Counted from the first letter of the stretch, positions 11,123-22,243 are shown. The stretch is DNA of 64,000 bases from Alphaproteobacteria bacterium (GCA_038131935.1 JAYPQH010000030.1:32001-96000); one strand, 5' to 3'. The notes: generated by a model not told the origin, from the sequence alone. Numbers and translations: made by a program.

Positions 11123-11392
11123 TTGAACGATCTTAGTTTGGGTCGAGGTCGAAGGGCATGGGTCGTAAATAAAGCAGACGAGCAGCCGGCATTGGAGTTG
11201 GTTGATCAAAGAAGTGAAATCATCGAGATGGCGTTGTCTGATAAGGTCACCTTTGCCGACATTTATCATCAATATGGGTTGCGTGAAGATGAAGTGAAAG
11301 AGGTCATGCGCCGCAGTTTGAAGTCGGGAAGTTATCGTGCCTGGCGAAAAAGAGTTGGACGGTTTCGTTCCACCAGGGCTTCATATAAATAA
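11123..11392 (+). CDS. TIGR03643 / DUF2805 family small protein; start uncertain
   Basis: SEIIEMALSDKVTF...GLREDEVKEVMRRSLKSGSYRAWRKRV family signature. Confidence 0.8.
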   Translation: MNDLSLGRGRRAWVVNKADEQPALELVDQRSEIIEMALSDKVTFADIYHQYGLREDEVKEVMRRSLKSGSYRAWRKRVGRFRSTRASYK

Positions 11393-11516
11393 AAATGGTT
11401 AAACAGATACGCGCTTAAGCTTGTCCCATTGTCTCGTCTGTCCCCGTCAATCTGTTTGGTCATGCAAAATCATGCACCAATTTGGCCATTTGTATTGAAC
11501 AAGTAATGGGTTGATT

Positions 11517-12124
11517 TCAGTCCTTAATGGTATCCTTATGGGGGTCATTTTGGGGAAGAATATCTTTAATATAAGACCTTGTTTTCCACTCCGGTGGAGG
11601 AGGTGAAGGGTTCTCCTCACTAGGCACATGGACAGAGATGGGTCCTGTCTGAAGCGTTGGAAGATAACGAGGGCAATTTGGAAAAAATGTTCCCGTGATG
11701 CGCACAACTGCTTTGGCGCCATGATGTCGCGAGAGATGATGTTGATCTGTAAAAATTCTTGCGGTCCCTTTGATGCGTAGCTTCGTTCCTGGCTCAGTTA
11801 CATTAATAAACAACAGTCCAACATGATGGTTTTTTCGCGATATTGCCCAAGGTGCGGTACATCAGTGCCATCATATTCAGGATATTCAATGGATGTATCA
11901 TCGATGATTTTTACAAATCCTGGTGCCCCTGCCTTGATGGAGCAGTCAACATGATCTGCAAAACTGGTGGCGATGAAGAAAAAAGGTGATGATGATATCA
12001 ACGCTTTATCTTGCTCCCATAGCTTGTGATGGACGCGATGCTTGGCTATGGCGTCCGCTACCCTTGTGCCATCAAAACCTTCTTGAAAGCCCCGCATCCC
12101 CTCGTGGAAAAAATCGTTTGCCAT
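11517..12124 (-). CDS. Pyridoxamine 5'-phosphate oxidase-like FMN-binding protein; frameshifted near 11810-11865
   Basis: FFFIAT...DCSIKAGAPGFVK...YPEYDG, then (MYRTLGNI), KLRIKG and FPNCPRY. Confidence 0.82.
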
Positions 12125-12355
12125 ATCCCCATTCACCTCACTGATCATTACCTGTGTCATGTCACATTTTTAAAAAACCTACAGGCTTCATCAAAAATAT
12201 TTTGTCACCAAATATACCCTACCCATTGCGATCATGGTCTGCGCATTAAGTTGTTTCAAATCTTCTCAATACCTTTGTTTTTGTAGGCGTATGGGATGCT
12301 CGGTTGCTGAGGGTCCCTGCGGTATCTTCATGTTGATGGTATCATATCAACTGAG

Positions 12356-13213
12356 TTATTTGATAATGAATATGGGTACTTTGCATGAACGGATCATGGC
12401 TGTGGTTGTGGAACCAATGATCAAATTGCGGATGCGGCTATGCCCATAGGCACCCATCATAAGAAGTTGTTGGGGCTTTGCATCTGTCATGGTTGCAAGG
12501 ACGTTTTCAGGTTCACCATCTTGCAGGTGAATGCCCGTTATGTAACCCGCATTCTCCAATTGTTGACAGGCATTCCTCATCAATCCATCAACCCAATCTG
12601 ATCTGTGGCCAACATAAACAAGCGTGATCTTATGTTTGTTAAAAGATGGATTATGTACCAGATAATCAAGAATTTTTTGAGATGAAGTTCCACCGTCATA
12701 TGCGATGAGAAGATCATCAAAAGGCTGAAAGGCCCTATTGGCTACAAACACTGGTCTGTGACTTGCCCGAACAATACGCTCGAGATTGGATCCTATATGA
12801 TCCATAGCCTTGCTGGCATCAACCCCACGTTTGCCTAGGACGATGATGTCGCCTTGGGTCTCTTCTTTGATCACGCTTTCAACCAACTCACCTTGGCGTA
12901 ATCGGGTTTCTACGTCTGAAACCCCTTGGGAGGTGAGGATGTCACGGGCATCGTCCAAAATCGCACGTCCCTGAGCATTTGCAAGTTTTGCTTGTGCCTC
13001 ATCCAAACGGGTCAATTGTTCCAATAAAGCCGTTCGTGCGCCGAGTTTTATAGCCCCACTGAGGTCCTGGTTTGTCTGGGAATTGGTTTTGGCAACAACA
13101 TGATAGAGGCGGACGGCATGATGTTGTTTGCGGGCCAAAAAAGCAGCGTAATAGCATACACTTTCCGCGTAGCTTGAGCTATCCACCAACGCAATCAATC
13201 TGTTGGTCTGCAT
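12356..13213 (-). CDS. Universal stress protein (tandem USP domains)
   Basis: VDSSSYA, IVLGKRG...GSNLERIVRAS, IAYDGG and MGAYGHSRIRNLIIGSTT; directly downstream of SulP. Confidence 0.93.
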   Translation of the reverse strand: MQTNRLIALVDSSSYAESVCYYAAFLARKQHHAVRLYHVVAKTNSQTNQDLSGAIKLGARTALLEQLTRLDEAQAKLANAQGRAILDDARDILTSQGVSDVETRLRQGELVESVIKEETQGDIIVLGKRGVDASKAMDHIGSNLERIVRASHRPVFVANRAFQPFDDLLIAYDGGTSSQKILDYLVHNPSFNKHKITLVYVGHRSDWVDGLMRNACQQLENAGYITGIHLQDGEPENVLATMTDAKPQQLLMMGAYGHSRIRNLIIGSTTTAMIRSCKVPIFIIK

Positions 13214-13225
13214 AGGTTTCTCCCC

Positions 13226-14718
13226 TTAATGATCCATCAATTTATCAAGTCCGCCTTGTTTGTCATGTAGCGCAAGGCGATCGACAATGGTTTCAGATGC
13301 CTCATTGAGGCCAATGATCTCCACTTCAGCCCCCTCACGGCGGAATTTGAGTACGGCCATATCCAGGGCCGTGACGGAAGAAATATCCCAAATATGAGCA
13401 CGACTCAGATCAATCGTGACATGTTCGAGGGCTTCTTTAAAGTCAAATGAGGCCATAAAGGTCTCAGATGAGGCAAAAAATAATTGCCCTACGATCGTGT
13501 AGGTTCGGTGTAGGCCATCGGGGGTGATTTCTGATTTTACGTGAAAAAGTTGAGAAATTTTCCACGCAAAGAAAATCCCTGATAGAAGTACACCCACCAG
13601 CACACCAATGGCCAAATTATGGGTGGTGATAACAAAAAAGACGGTGGCAAGCATGACGATGGATGATGATTTAGGATGTTCCCGAAGATTTTTGATAGAT
13701 GACCAAGAAAATGTTCCAATGGAAACCATGATCATGATCGCCACCAAGGCAGCCATGGGAATAACAGCCACCATATCGCCCATCACCACCACCAAAATCA
13801 GAAGAAGAACACCAGCTGGTAAAGGATGATAACCGTCCGCGACCACCTGATTTAACGTTGATGATGGATTGGCCAATCATTGCACAACCTGCCATGCCAC
13901 CAAGAAACCCTGTGAGGGTATTTGCCATGCCTTGCCCTATGCATTCGAGGTTTTTTTGTGAACTGGTGTCGGTTAATTCATCAACGATTTGTTGCGTCAT
14001 CAAACTCTCGAGAAGTCCCACCACAGCGACGGCCACCGCATAAGGGAAAATAATGGTGAGTGTTTCTAGCGTAAGAGGTATCTCTGGGATCAAAAATACC
14101 GGCAAGCTGTCTGGAAGGTCCCCCATATCCCCAACAGTTCGGACATCCAAATCCAGTCCCAAACATAAAATGGTCAAAACAATGATTGTAATTAAAGGTG
14201 AGGGAATGGACCGGGTAAGTAAGGGAAACAAGTAGATGATACCCAAACCCAAGGCAACCAAAAGATAGGTCAGGGGTAGGGACTTTCTGGGGATCAAGCT
14301 CAGGCAACTGTGCGAGGAAAATAAGTATGGCAAGTGCATTCACGAAACCTGTCATCACAGATTTGGAAACAAATCGCATCACGTAGCCAAGGTTTGCGAT
14401 GCCTGCACCAATCTGTAGTAAGCCTGCAAGAACCGTGGTCGCAAGAAGATATTGAAGTCCATAATCACGGACCAATGTCACCATCAACACGGCGGTTGCT
14501 GCCGTCGCAGCAGAGATCATACCAGGTCGGCCACCTGCGATGGCTGTGACAACAGCAATCGAGAATGAGGCATAAAGACCAATTTTAGGGTCCACGCCTG
14601 CAATGATGGAAAAAGCAATGGCTTCGGGAATAAGGGCGAGGGCAACAACCAATCCTGAGAGTAAGTCGCCTCGGATATTATGAAACCATTGTTGGGAATA
14701 TTGATGAGAAGAATACAT
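13226..14718 (-). CDS. SulP family anion transporter with STAS domain; two frameshifts
   Basis: [48 protein letters not shown] and GQLFFAS across three overlapping frames. Confidence 0.92.
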
Positions 14719-14909
14719 AACACTTTTCTGGACTGAAGGGCATAAATAAGGCAGGCTTTTGGAGTTTTGTTCGCCTGGTATGAAGGGGATGTAGCATAAT
14801 GCGCAAGAAAATCATCAACCCATCCCAAAATAGCTGGGCGTAGCAAGTCAGAAATTATGTTATGGGTCATAAATACCACCAGCTTATGGTGAAGAGTTGA
14901 GAGGCTGAG

Positions 14910-15925
14910 ATGCATCAAAATCGGCAATGGGTGTTGGACAAATATCCAGAAGGTAGCGTTCTTCCAACAGTTTGGCGCCTTCAAGAGACAGTCGTTCCAG
15001 AACTTGGTGCACGTGAGATTCTGGTCCAAACAAAATGGCTCTCCATGGATCCCTACATGCGTGGTCGTATGAGTGCTCATGCCAACTACACATCGGGTGT
15101 GGGCCTTGGTGAGGTCATGCATGGGGGTGGTGTTGCCCAGGTGATCGCCTCACGCCATCCAGATTGGAAAGAAGGAGATTTGGTTGAGACCATGGGGTTG
15201 GGATGGCAAGAATATGCCATATTGACCCCTGATGTGCGCGGACCTATGGCCTGTCACACCATTCCGAAAGATGTTCCTCCCCAAGCAAGTCTCTCTTGGT
15301 TGGGTATGCCTGGTCTTACAGCCTATGTGGGGCTGACACAGCTTGCCCGACCCTTGCCTGGTGACACCGTTGTGGTTTCGGCAGCATCTGGGGCTGTGGG
15401 GCAAGTGGCAGGTCAGATAGCAAAATTGATGGGTGCGCATGTCATTGCTATTGCTGGTCATGAAGATAAATGTGCTTGGTGCCGCGAAATTGGTTATGAT
15501 GCCACCATTAATTACCGTACCTGCACAGATTGGTCTGAAACATTTCAAAATCTTGCGCCATCAGGTGTTAATGTTTTCTTCGACAACACCGGTGGTTCTA
15601 TTCATGATGCTGTTCTGGCGCATTTGGCTCCTCATGCACAGGTCGTGATATGCGGGCGTATTGCGGTTTCGGACAAACAACCTCATGAAGATATAGGTTT
15701 GCGGGCTTCATCCCGCCTGATTGTGACCCGAGCCTCTTTACATGGTTTGGTTGTGTTTGATTGGTGGCATAAGCGTGATGAGGCCATGACCAAGTTGGCC
15801 CAATGGCATCGTGATGGACAATTACGGTTCAAAGAAGACATCGTCGAAGGTTTTGAGAATGCACCGAGGCTTTTTGTCGGATGATGAGAGGTGAGAACCA
15901 AGGTAAGCAGTTGGTCAAATTATAA
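14910..15925 (+). CDS. NADP-dependent oxidoreductase (CurA / prostaglandin-reductase-like MDR); C-terminal indel
   Basis: LSMDPYMRGRM, LGMPGLTAY, VSAASGAVG and FFDNTGG; the conserved end MMRGENQGKQLVKL* continues in another frame to 15925. Confidence 0.9.
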
Positions 15926-15938
15926 GGATGTTAAGGTG

Positions 15939-16748
15939 ATGGGAAAAATATTTGATAGCAAACATGCCCAAGCTGGGGACCCGCGCTTCGTCCGAAAAAT
16001 GATCAGGCAACAAAAATATACTGGCCATACAGCAGGTTTGGCACCTGGGTTTTTGCAAGGAAATCTTATTGTTCTCCAAGGCGATTTGGCCATGGATTTC
16101 TTCCGCTATTGCCAACGAAACCCCAAGCCATGTCCTTTGGTTGGGGTATCGGATACAGGAAATCCTTTTCTATCAACCTTGGGAGTGGATATTGATATCC
16201 GAAGTGATATAGGCAGTTATCATGTCTATCGCGATGGAATCCACACAGATACCGTGCATGATATCTCTGACTTGTGGTGTGATGACATGGTTGCGTTCAT
16301 CATTGGTTGCTCCTTTACATTTGAGCAGGCTTTGGTTGAAGCGGGGATATCATTACGCCATTGGGAGGAAGACACGACGGTCTCCATGTACAAAACCAAT
16401 ATTCAAACGGTGCAAGCAGGAGATTTTGGCGGGGGCATGGTGGTGTCCATGCGGCCTATGTCCATGGCTGATGCCATACGTGCTTGTGCCATCACAGCAC
16501 GTTTCCCTCAAGGTCATGGTGCGCCGGTTCATATTGGTGACCCGGAAGCCATTGGTATTCGTAACATCCATCAACCTGATTTTGGTGAGCCCACACCTAT
16601 TCGTGCAAACGAAGTTCCAGTTTTCTGGGCATGTGGGGTGACACCACAGCATACTGCGTTACGCGCCAAGCCGCCTTTAATGATCAGTCATAAACCAGGA
16701 TCAATGTTGGTGACGGATATTCCCTCATATCAGCAAGAAAGCTGTTGA
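15939..16748 (+). CDS. Putative hydro-lyase, DUF1445 / D-glutamate cyclase family
   Basis: Motifs HTAGLAPG, CQRNPKPCP, GCSFTFE, VVSMRP, HGAPVHIG and FWACGVTPQ. Confidence 0.92.
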   Translation: MGKIFDSKHAQAGDPRFVRKMIRQQKYTGHTAGLAPGFLQGNLIVLQGDLAMDFFRYCQRNPKPCPLVGVSDTGNPFLSTLGVDIDIRSDIGSYHVYRDGIHTDTVHDISDLWCDDMVAFIIGCSFTFEQALVEAGISLRHWEEDTTVSMYKTNIQTVQAGDFGGGMVVSMRPMSMADAIRACAITARFPQGHGAPVHIGDPEAIGIRNIHQPDFGEPTPIRANEVPVFWACGVTPQHTALRAKPPLMISHKPGSMLVTDIPSYQQESC

Positions 16749-16770
16749 GCAGATAACAAAGATTTTTGAT

Positions 16771-17628
16771 TTACATAGCTTCCTGCCAAGCCACACAAGC
16801 AGAAGATGCAACAAAATAAGGATTCCTCCAAGAAGGGCCTCCATAACGCAACTCTCCCTGGCCATCGACATGGGACACGAAACCACCAGCTGCATTAACA
16901 ATGGCATGAGCTGCGGCGGTATCCCATTGCATGGTTGGGGCAAATCGTGGGTAAATGTCGGCTTGCCCAGCTGCAATCATACAAAATTTCAAAGATGAAC
17001 CATAACTTTTGATATGTTGTGCATGAAGCTGAGTCAGTAGTTTGTGGGTTTGTGGATCACGGTGAGAACGTGAGCCCACGGCAATTAAGCCCGTCTCCGC
17101 AATTTGATGATCATCACGGCATGTGATGATTTGCGCTTGTGTCATTCCTGAGAGGATTACATCATCTGATGCACGCCAGTCAGGAGGCAAAATTTCTCGG
17201 GTGGCTTTGCCATCGCTTGTTGTTAAGAACAATTCTCGCCATGCAGGAACGAACACACAGCCTACAAGGGGTTTCCCCTCCTTAACAAAACCAAGGTTAA
17301 CGGTGAATTCATCCCGACGGTTGATAAATTCTTTGGTGCCATCCAAAGGGTCAATTAAGACGAATTCATCTGGAAGATGAAGGGGAACGTCCTCGAGGCG
17401 CTCCTCACTGACTTGGCATAAGTTGGGAAGGTTTGCATGCAAAAGATCACGGATGATCTCATCGGCACGATGATCAGCCATGGTTACGGGGGAGCCATCC
17501 GTTTTCATATGAATGTTCATAGATGTCTGTTCATAGATCTCCATGATGGCACGTCCGGCCAAAATTGCAGCCTGACGAAATAATGGGGCCAAAATTGCAA
17601 GGTCGTGAGGCTGGGTCGTTGATGTCAT
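16771..17628 (-). CDS. cysQ: 3'(2'),5'-bisphosphate nucleotidase
   Basis: Motifs SPVTMAD, SEE, IDPLDGTKEF, EFTVN, GSSLKFC, YPRFAPTMQWDTAA. Confidence 0.93.
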   Translation of the reverse strand: MTSTTQPHDLAILAPLFRQAAILAGRAIMEIYEQTSMNIHMKTDGSPVTMADHRADEIIRDLLHANLPNLCQVSEERLEDVPLHLPDEFVLIDPLDGTKEFINRRDEFTVNLGFVKEGKPLVGCVFVPAWRELFLTTSDGKATREILPPDWRASDDVILSGMTQAQIITCRDDHQIAETGLIAVGSRSHRDPQTHKLLTQLHAQHIKSYGSSLKFCMIAAGQADIYPRFAPTMQWDTAAAHAIVNAAGGFVSHVDGQGELRYGGPSWRNPYFVASSACVAWQEAM

Positions 17629-17767
17629 GATGAAAATCTCTTTACAGCTTTGCCCATATTTATCTCGGGCGATTGGTTATCCTGCTTCTTAACCAAGCCA
17701 AAAACGAAAAACAAACATCTATCCTAGGGGTTGGTTTTTTGCACATGAACCATCAACGTCAAATATT

Positions 17768-17783
17768 TGGCATTGTTTTTGCT
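17768..17783 (+). promoter_or_regulatory. Sigma54 (RpoN) -24/-12 promoter upstream of the flagellar hook gene
   Basis: TGGCATTGTTTTTGCT has GG-N10-GC spacing and matches TGGCAC-N5-TTGCW with one mismatch; about 85 nt before the ATG at 17869. Confidence 0.7.
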
Positions 17784-17868
17784 CTCACGACCTAAAAGAA
17801 AGGGTCTTGCGAAAATCCGCTTGAGAAATGGTGGTATTTTCGTCGTTGGTTTTTTTAAGGGGGATGCG

Positions 17869-19207
17869 ATGTCAACCACAGCGCTAGCCGGTTTGCAAGC
17901 GGCGCAAAAGCATATCAGTGCGGCAAGCAATAATATTGCAAACGCCTCATCAATTGGTTTTAAGAAATCGTCTGCCAATTTTGCTGATATTGTAAAGTCA
18001 TCATCTCCCGAAACAGCAGGCATCAGCCCGTCTGGGTTGGGGACAAGAAGCTTGAATGTGCGTGAAGACTTTACCCAAGGCCCCATCAAAGCTACGGGTC
18101 GTTCGTTGGATGTGGCTGTGGTTGGTGAAGGCTTCTTGATCAAAAGCACCACAGCTGGTGATGCAGATAAACTTAAGTTGACGCGAGATGGACGCCTTAG
18201 CTTGGATGATCAGGGCTGTCTGGTTGATGGCCAAGGATGTTTTGTGCTTGGCGCCGATTTGCAAAAACTCACCATCGAAGGAAGTTTGACCCGGGAAACA
18301 ACAAAGCTAACCTATGATGTTGATCCAAATGATTTGGATTTGTTGTTAGGCGGGTTTAACCCAAAGACGTCTCTTGTGGATCAGACCGTAAAAATTGGCC
18401 TGAGTAAGCTGAATGACGGGCAGTTTGCTGTTCAAAAAACAGAAGTCCCTGATTTGGCAAATGATGCGGTATCCATTGTGGGTACCACCGTATATAAAGG
18501 TGATGGGGTTACAGCTTTGCCCGTCGCACGACTTGATGAGAATTATGGCCCCACCACAGGGGCCTCACTAACGCTCTCTTTCCTTGATCCAACAATTCAA
18601 GCGACCGATGATGGCGTAAGTCCAGATAGCTCCGCGCCCGTATCAGAGCAAGCCGTTGGTTTTGAAATTGAAGATATGTTCTCCTTCCTAGGTTTGGTAT
18701 CTGTTGAGGCCAACATGGATAATGATCGTGCAACACTCCCTTTAGAGGGTATGATGACGATCACGGTTAATAACGAGACGGGAACACCGGCTGTGAGCGA
18801 GATTTATCCCCTTCGCGAGTTAAATCGTGAAGATGGACCTGCCCGTACCGTGGAGTTGTCCAACATAGAAATTTCACAGCAAGGTCTCATCAATGTTAGT
18901 TATGCCAATGGCTTGTTTGTGAAGCAGGTTGGACCCTTGGGAATCGCATACCTTCCCAATCCAGAAGAACTCCAAAAACTCTGGAATGGGTGATTATGCA
19001 CTCAGTGAAAAAACCCAAAATGTCCAAATCTTGGCAGCAGGTGTGGGGGGCAATACTGCAATCCAGCAAGGTGCGTTGGAACAGTCAAATATTGACTTAA
19101 CTACAGAATTAACGGGATTGATTTCTTCTCAAATGATGTTTCAAGCTACCGCCAAAACCTATCAAGCCACTGGTGAAATTATCAATAAAATCGCAGATAT
19201 TCGCTAA
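17869..19207 (+). CDS. flgE: Flagellar hook / hook-basal body protein (FlgE-like), stand-alone; +1 indel in the A-run near 18973
   Basis: N-terminal ALAGLQAAQ...SNNIANASSIGFK, FTQG..ATGRSLDVAVVGEGF and TRDG; C-terminal GALEQSNIDLTTEL..LI..Q..FQA.AK. Confidence 0.82.
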
Positions 19208-19259
19208 AAGCCTAGCTTGTCAGAGACGGTCATGAAATAGTTGCATCATAACCTTACCG

Positions 19260-19637
19260 ATGAGGAGCATGGTTGTGATAGATATCAGAGCATTACCTGA
19301 ACTTGTGCGTGATGATCCCTTTTTGGTCCATCGTGGGCGGCATGCACGCTTTCGTTTTTTACTTCACATAGGCCCAGAAGCATGGTGGATCGATGTTTGT
19401 GAAGGTTTTGTGGAGGTGTCCCCCAAAACACTCCCATCCCAAAGTGGAGACTTCTCTTTACGCGCGCATGAGGAAAGTTGGGCCAAACATTGGCAAACTG
19501 TACCTCCACGTGATTTTCATGATTTGTTTGCGATGTTGTCATCGGGACATTTAACAATGGAGGGGAACTTGCTCCCTTTGATGCAGAATTTGCAACTTGT
19601 AAAAGATATCATAGCAAAATTGAGGTCATCGTCATGA
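19260..19637 (+). CDS. Hypothetical protein, possibly an SCP2/sterol-carrier-like fold
   Basis: Coupled to the hydrolase by an ATGA overlap; FSLRA.EESW.....HDLFAML..GHLTMEGNLLPLMQ resembles an SCP2-type C-terminus. Confidence 0.65.
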   Translation: MRSMVVIDIRALPELVRDDPFLVHRGRHARFRFLLHIGPEAWWIDVCEGFVEVSPKTLPSQSGDFSLRAHEESWAKHWQTVPPRDFHDLFAMLSSGHLTMEGNLLPLMQNLQLVKDIIAKLRSSS

Positions 19638-20491
19638 ATGTCGTTTTTGAACCCATAAAAGGGCAATATTTCAACATGGATGTGGCTGGTCAGCAAATGC
19701 GTATCTATGTTGAACATGCAGGCTCTGGCATTCCTTTGGTATGTTTGCACACGGCTGGTTCAGATGGTCGGCAATTCCGTCATATTTTGAATGATAAGGA
19801 GATCACCGAACATTTTCAGGTTTGGGTTTTTGATTTGCCTTGGCATGGGAAGTCTAACCCACCTGAAGGTTTCGAACAGCAAGAATACAAACTGACAACC
19901 GATGGCTATAAAGAGATTATTTATGCCTTCTGTCAGCAACTAGGTTTGGATCGACCTGTCATGATGGGTTGCTCCATGGGCGGACGTATTGTGCTTCATT
20001 TGGCACTAGAAAATCCTGATATGTTCCGGGCGATGATTGCTTTGGAAGGCGCGGATCGTTTGCAACCTTATTACGATCTTGATTGGTTGCATCGGCCCGA
20101 TATCCATGGTGGTGAAATTCAAGCTGCCTTTGTATCGGCGCAAGTGGCCCCACAATCTCCGGACCGTTATCGCTATGAAACCCTTTGGCATTACAAACAA
20201 GGAGGTCCTGGTGTGTTTAAGGGGGATCTGTATTTTTATTGGCATGACGGACATTTTGATGACCGTTCCGTGTTGATTGATACAGATCGCTGCCCGGTGT
20301 ACCTGCTCAGCGGGGAATATGACAATTCATGCACGCCAGAACGTATGCTTGCCACAGCGGAGAGGATAAAAGGCTCAAAGGCAACAGTAATGCCCGGTAT
20401 GGGGCATTTCCCTATGTCTGAAAATCCAGAACTCTTCCGCACCTATCTTATGCCTATTTTACAAGAAATTTTAGCACAGGAGGCACCATAA
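19634..20491 (+). CDS. Alpha/beta-fold hydrolase
   Basis: LHTAG oxyanion region, FDLPWHGKS, nucleophile GCSMGG, acid GEYD and His GHFPMSENP. Confidence 0.92.
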   Translation: MNVVFEPIKGQYFNMDVAGQQMRIYVEHAGSGIPLVCLHTAGSDGRQFRHILNDKEITEHFQVWVFDLPWHGKSNPPEGFEQQEYKLTTDGYKEIIYAFCQQLGLDRPVMMGCSMGGRIVLHLALENPDMFRAMIALEGADRLQPYYDLDWLHRPDIHGGEIQAAFVSAQVAPQSPDRYRYETLWHYKQGGPGVFKGDLYFYWHDGHFDDRSVLIDTDRCPVYLLSGEYDNSCTPERMLATAERIKGSKATVMPGMGHFPMSENPELFRTYLMPILQEILAQEAP

Positions 20492-20493
20492 AT

Positions 20494-21610
20494 ATGATGG
20501 TTACAGGATTTTTTTCTGACGAACGTTGTTTTTGGCATCATGGAGGCAATTACGCATTGACCATGCCTGTTGGAGGCTTTGTGCAACCCTTGGTGGCAGG
20601 AGGGTTGCCAGAAAGCCCTGAAACAAAACGGCGTTTGAAGAATTTACTCGAGGTATCTGGCCTGTTGCATGAACTGCAGGTTCAATCAGCAGAGCCTGTA
20701 TCATTTGAACAATTGGCGCGCGTTCACACCGAGAGCTATCTCAAGGCATTCAAAAGAAGTCAGATGAGGGGGCGGGGAACTTGGTCTTCGCACACCATTT
20801 GGCGCTGGAGGTTATGAGGTTTGTGCACTTGCTGCTGGTTTGGCCACAACAGCTCTTCATCAGGTGTTGAGTGGCAAGCTTGATAACGCTTATGCACTTA
20901 GCCGACCACCGGGACATCACGCCTTGCCAGATTTTCCAAATGGTTTTTGTTTGATCAATAATATTGCTGTGGCCATTGAAGAAGCTCGGCATCAAGGTCT
21001 TGCCAAGAAATTCGTGGTTCTAGATTGGGATGTTCATCATGGTAATGGCACAGAAGCAATCTTTTTCGATCGCCCAGATGTTCTGACGATTTCCATTCAC
21101 CAGGACCGAAATTATCCTATGGACACAGGTCAACCAGATGTTCGCGGGAAAGATGCAGGTCATGGATTTAATCTTAATCTGCCCCTACCACCAGGCGCTG
21201 GTCATTATGCCTACATGCAGGTCATGGAGCGGTTTGTCATCCCGCAAATTCAGTCTTTCCAGCCAGATGTTATACTTGTCGCTTGTGGGTTTGATGCATC
21301 AGCCATGGACCCTCTTTCACGAACCTTGGCAACCGCGGAAACTTTTGCACGTATGACAGCCATGGTCATGGATGTGGCCGAGCAAGTCTGCAATGGGCGG
21401 TTGGTTATGGTGCATGAAGGTGGGTATTCTGAAGCGCATGTTCCTTTTTGTGGCCATGCTGTTATCTCGCAATTGGCAAAGAGTCCTATCGACGTTCCTG
21501 ATCCTCTTGCAGAAACCTTGCGGCTTCGCCAGCCCGACCCAAGATTTGATCGGTTCGTCGATACATGGCTTGATGATATTGAAGCTGTTCTTGCCCCAGA
21601 AAAATCGTGA
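20494..21610 (+). CDS. Class II histone deacetylase-like amidohydrolase (HDAH / PA3774-like); indels near 20755-20775
   Basis: ESPETKRR, RPPGHHA, GFC, DWDVHHGNGT, GFDASAMDP and EGGY motifs. Confidence 0.92.
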
Positions 21611-21618
21611 TATGTTAT

Positions 21619-21651
21619 GGCCGATATCTTGGCTTGGACCAGATATCGGCC
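21619..21651. terminator. Stem-loop between the convergent HDAC and CMD genes
   Basis: GGCCGATATCT...AGATATCGGCC is an 11-bp perfect inverted repeat; no clear U-tract. Confidence 0.6.
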
Positions 21652-21658
21652 GATGAAT

Positions 21659-22201
21659 TTAAAGTTTTTTCTTTTCTGAATGGATACCGGTCGCTACCAA
21701 GAAGCGCGACACCATATTATAAGCCGCGGTCACCGCAATAAGTTCCACCAAATGCCCAGATCCAATCTGTGACAACAGGCGTGATTTAAGCTCTTCGGGA
21801 ACAACAATATCGCGGGTCATGGCCACAACAAGCGCCACAGCGTCACGCTCTAGGTCATTGAATAACGAGGCATCAAAAGCATCGCTACCTGCTTTCAACA
21901 AAGCATCGGCTTGAGCTTGGCTTGCACCTTCTGCAACATATATCGGCGCATGGGCTTCATATTCGTAATCAGCCTTGTTGATGACAGCCACCACACACAT
22001 GGCCAACTCGCGCAGCTGTGGGTTTAAGGTCAATTTGGTGCGAAGGTTGCCCATGTAAATATTCCACCCCTCGGCAACAACCGGACTGTGAAGAAGCATA
22101 CGGTCTAGCTTCATCAAGCTGCCGCCGCGGCGTGCCCGAATGGCGGCACATAATTCGGCTGGTTCATTGTGATCGAGGGGCAAAAGTTCAAGTTGTTCCA
22201 T
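21659..22201 (-). CDS. Carboxymuconolactone decarboxylase (CMD/AhpD-like) family protein
   Basis: LDRMLLHSP, LRELAMCVVA...YEYEAH and AYNMVSRFL motifs. Confidence 0.88.
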   Translation of the reverse strand: MEQLELLPLDHNEPAELCAAIRARRGGSLMKLDRMLLHSPVVAEGWNIYMGNLRTKLTLNPQLRELAMCVVAVINKADYEYEAHAPIYVAEGASQAQADALLKAGSDAFDASLFNDLERDAVALVVAMTRDIVVPEELKSRLLSQIGSGHLVELIAVTAAYNMVSRFLVATGIHSEKKKL

Positions 22202-22243
22202 GATTATCCTCATTTGTTGACATTGTTGGCACGCTCCATGCTG

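Noticed and set aside
14719-14909. sul1-type RNA motif or riboswitch ahead of sulP-usp
   Set aside because: The leader is AT-rich and lacks the GC-rich hairpin I would expect; it cannot be supported without an Rfam scan.
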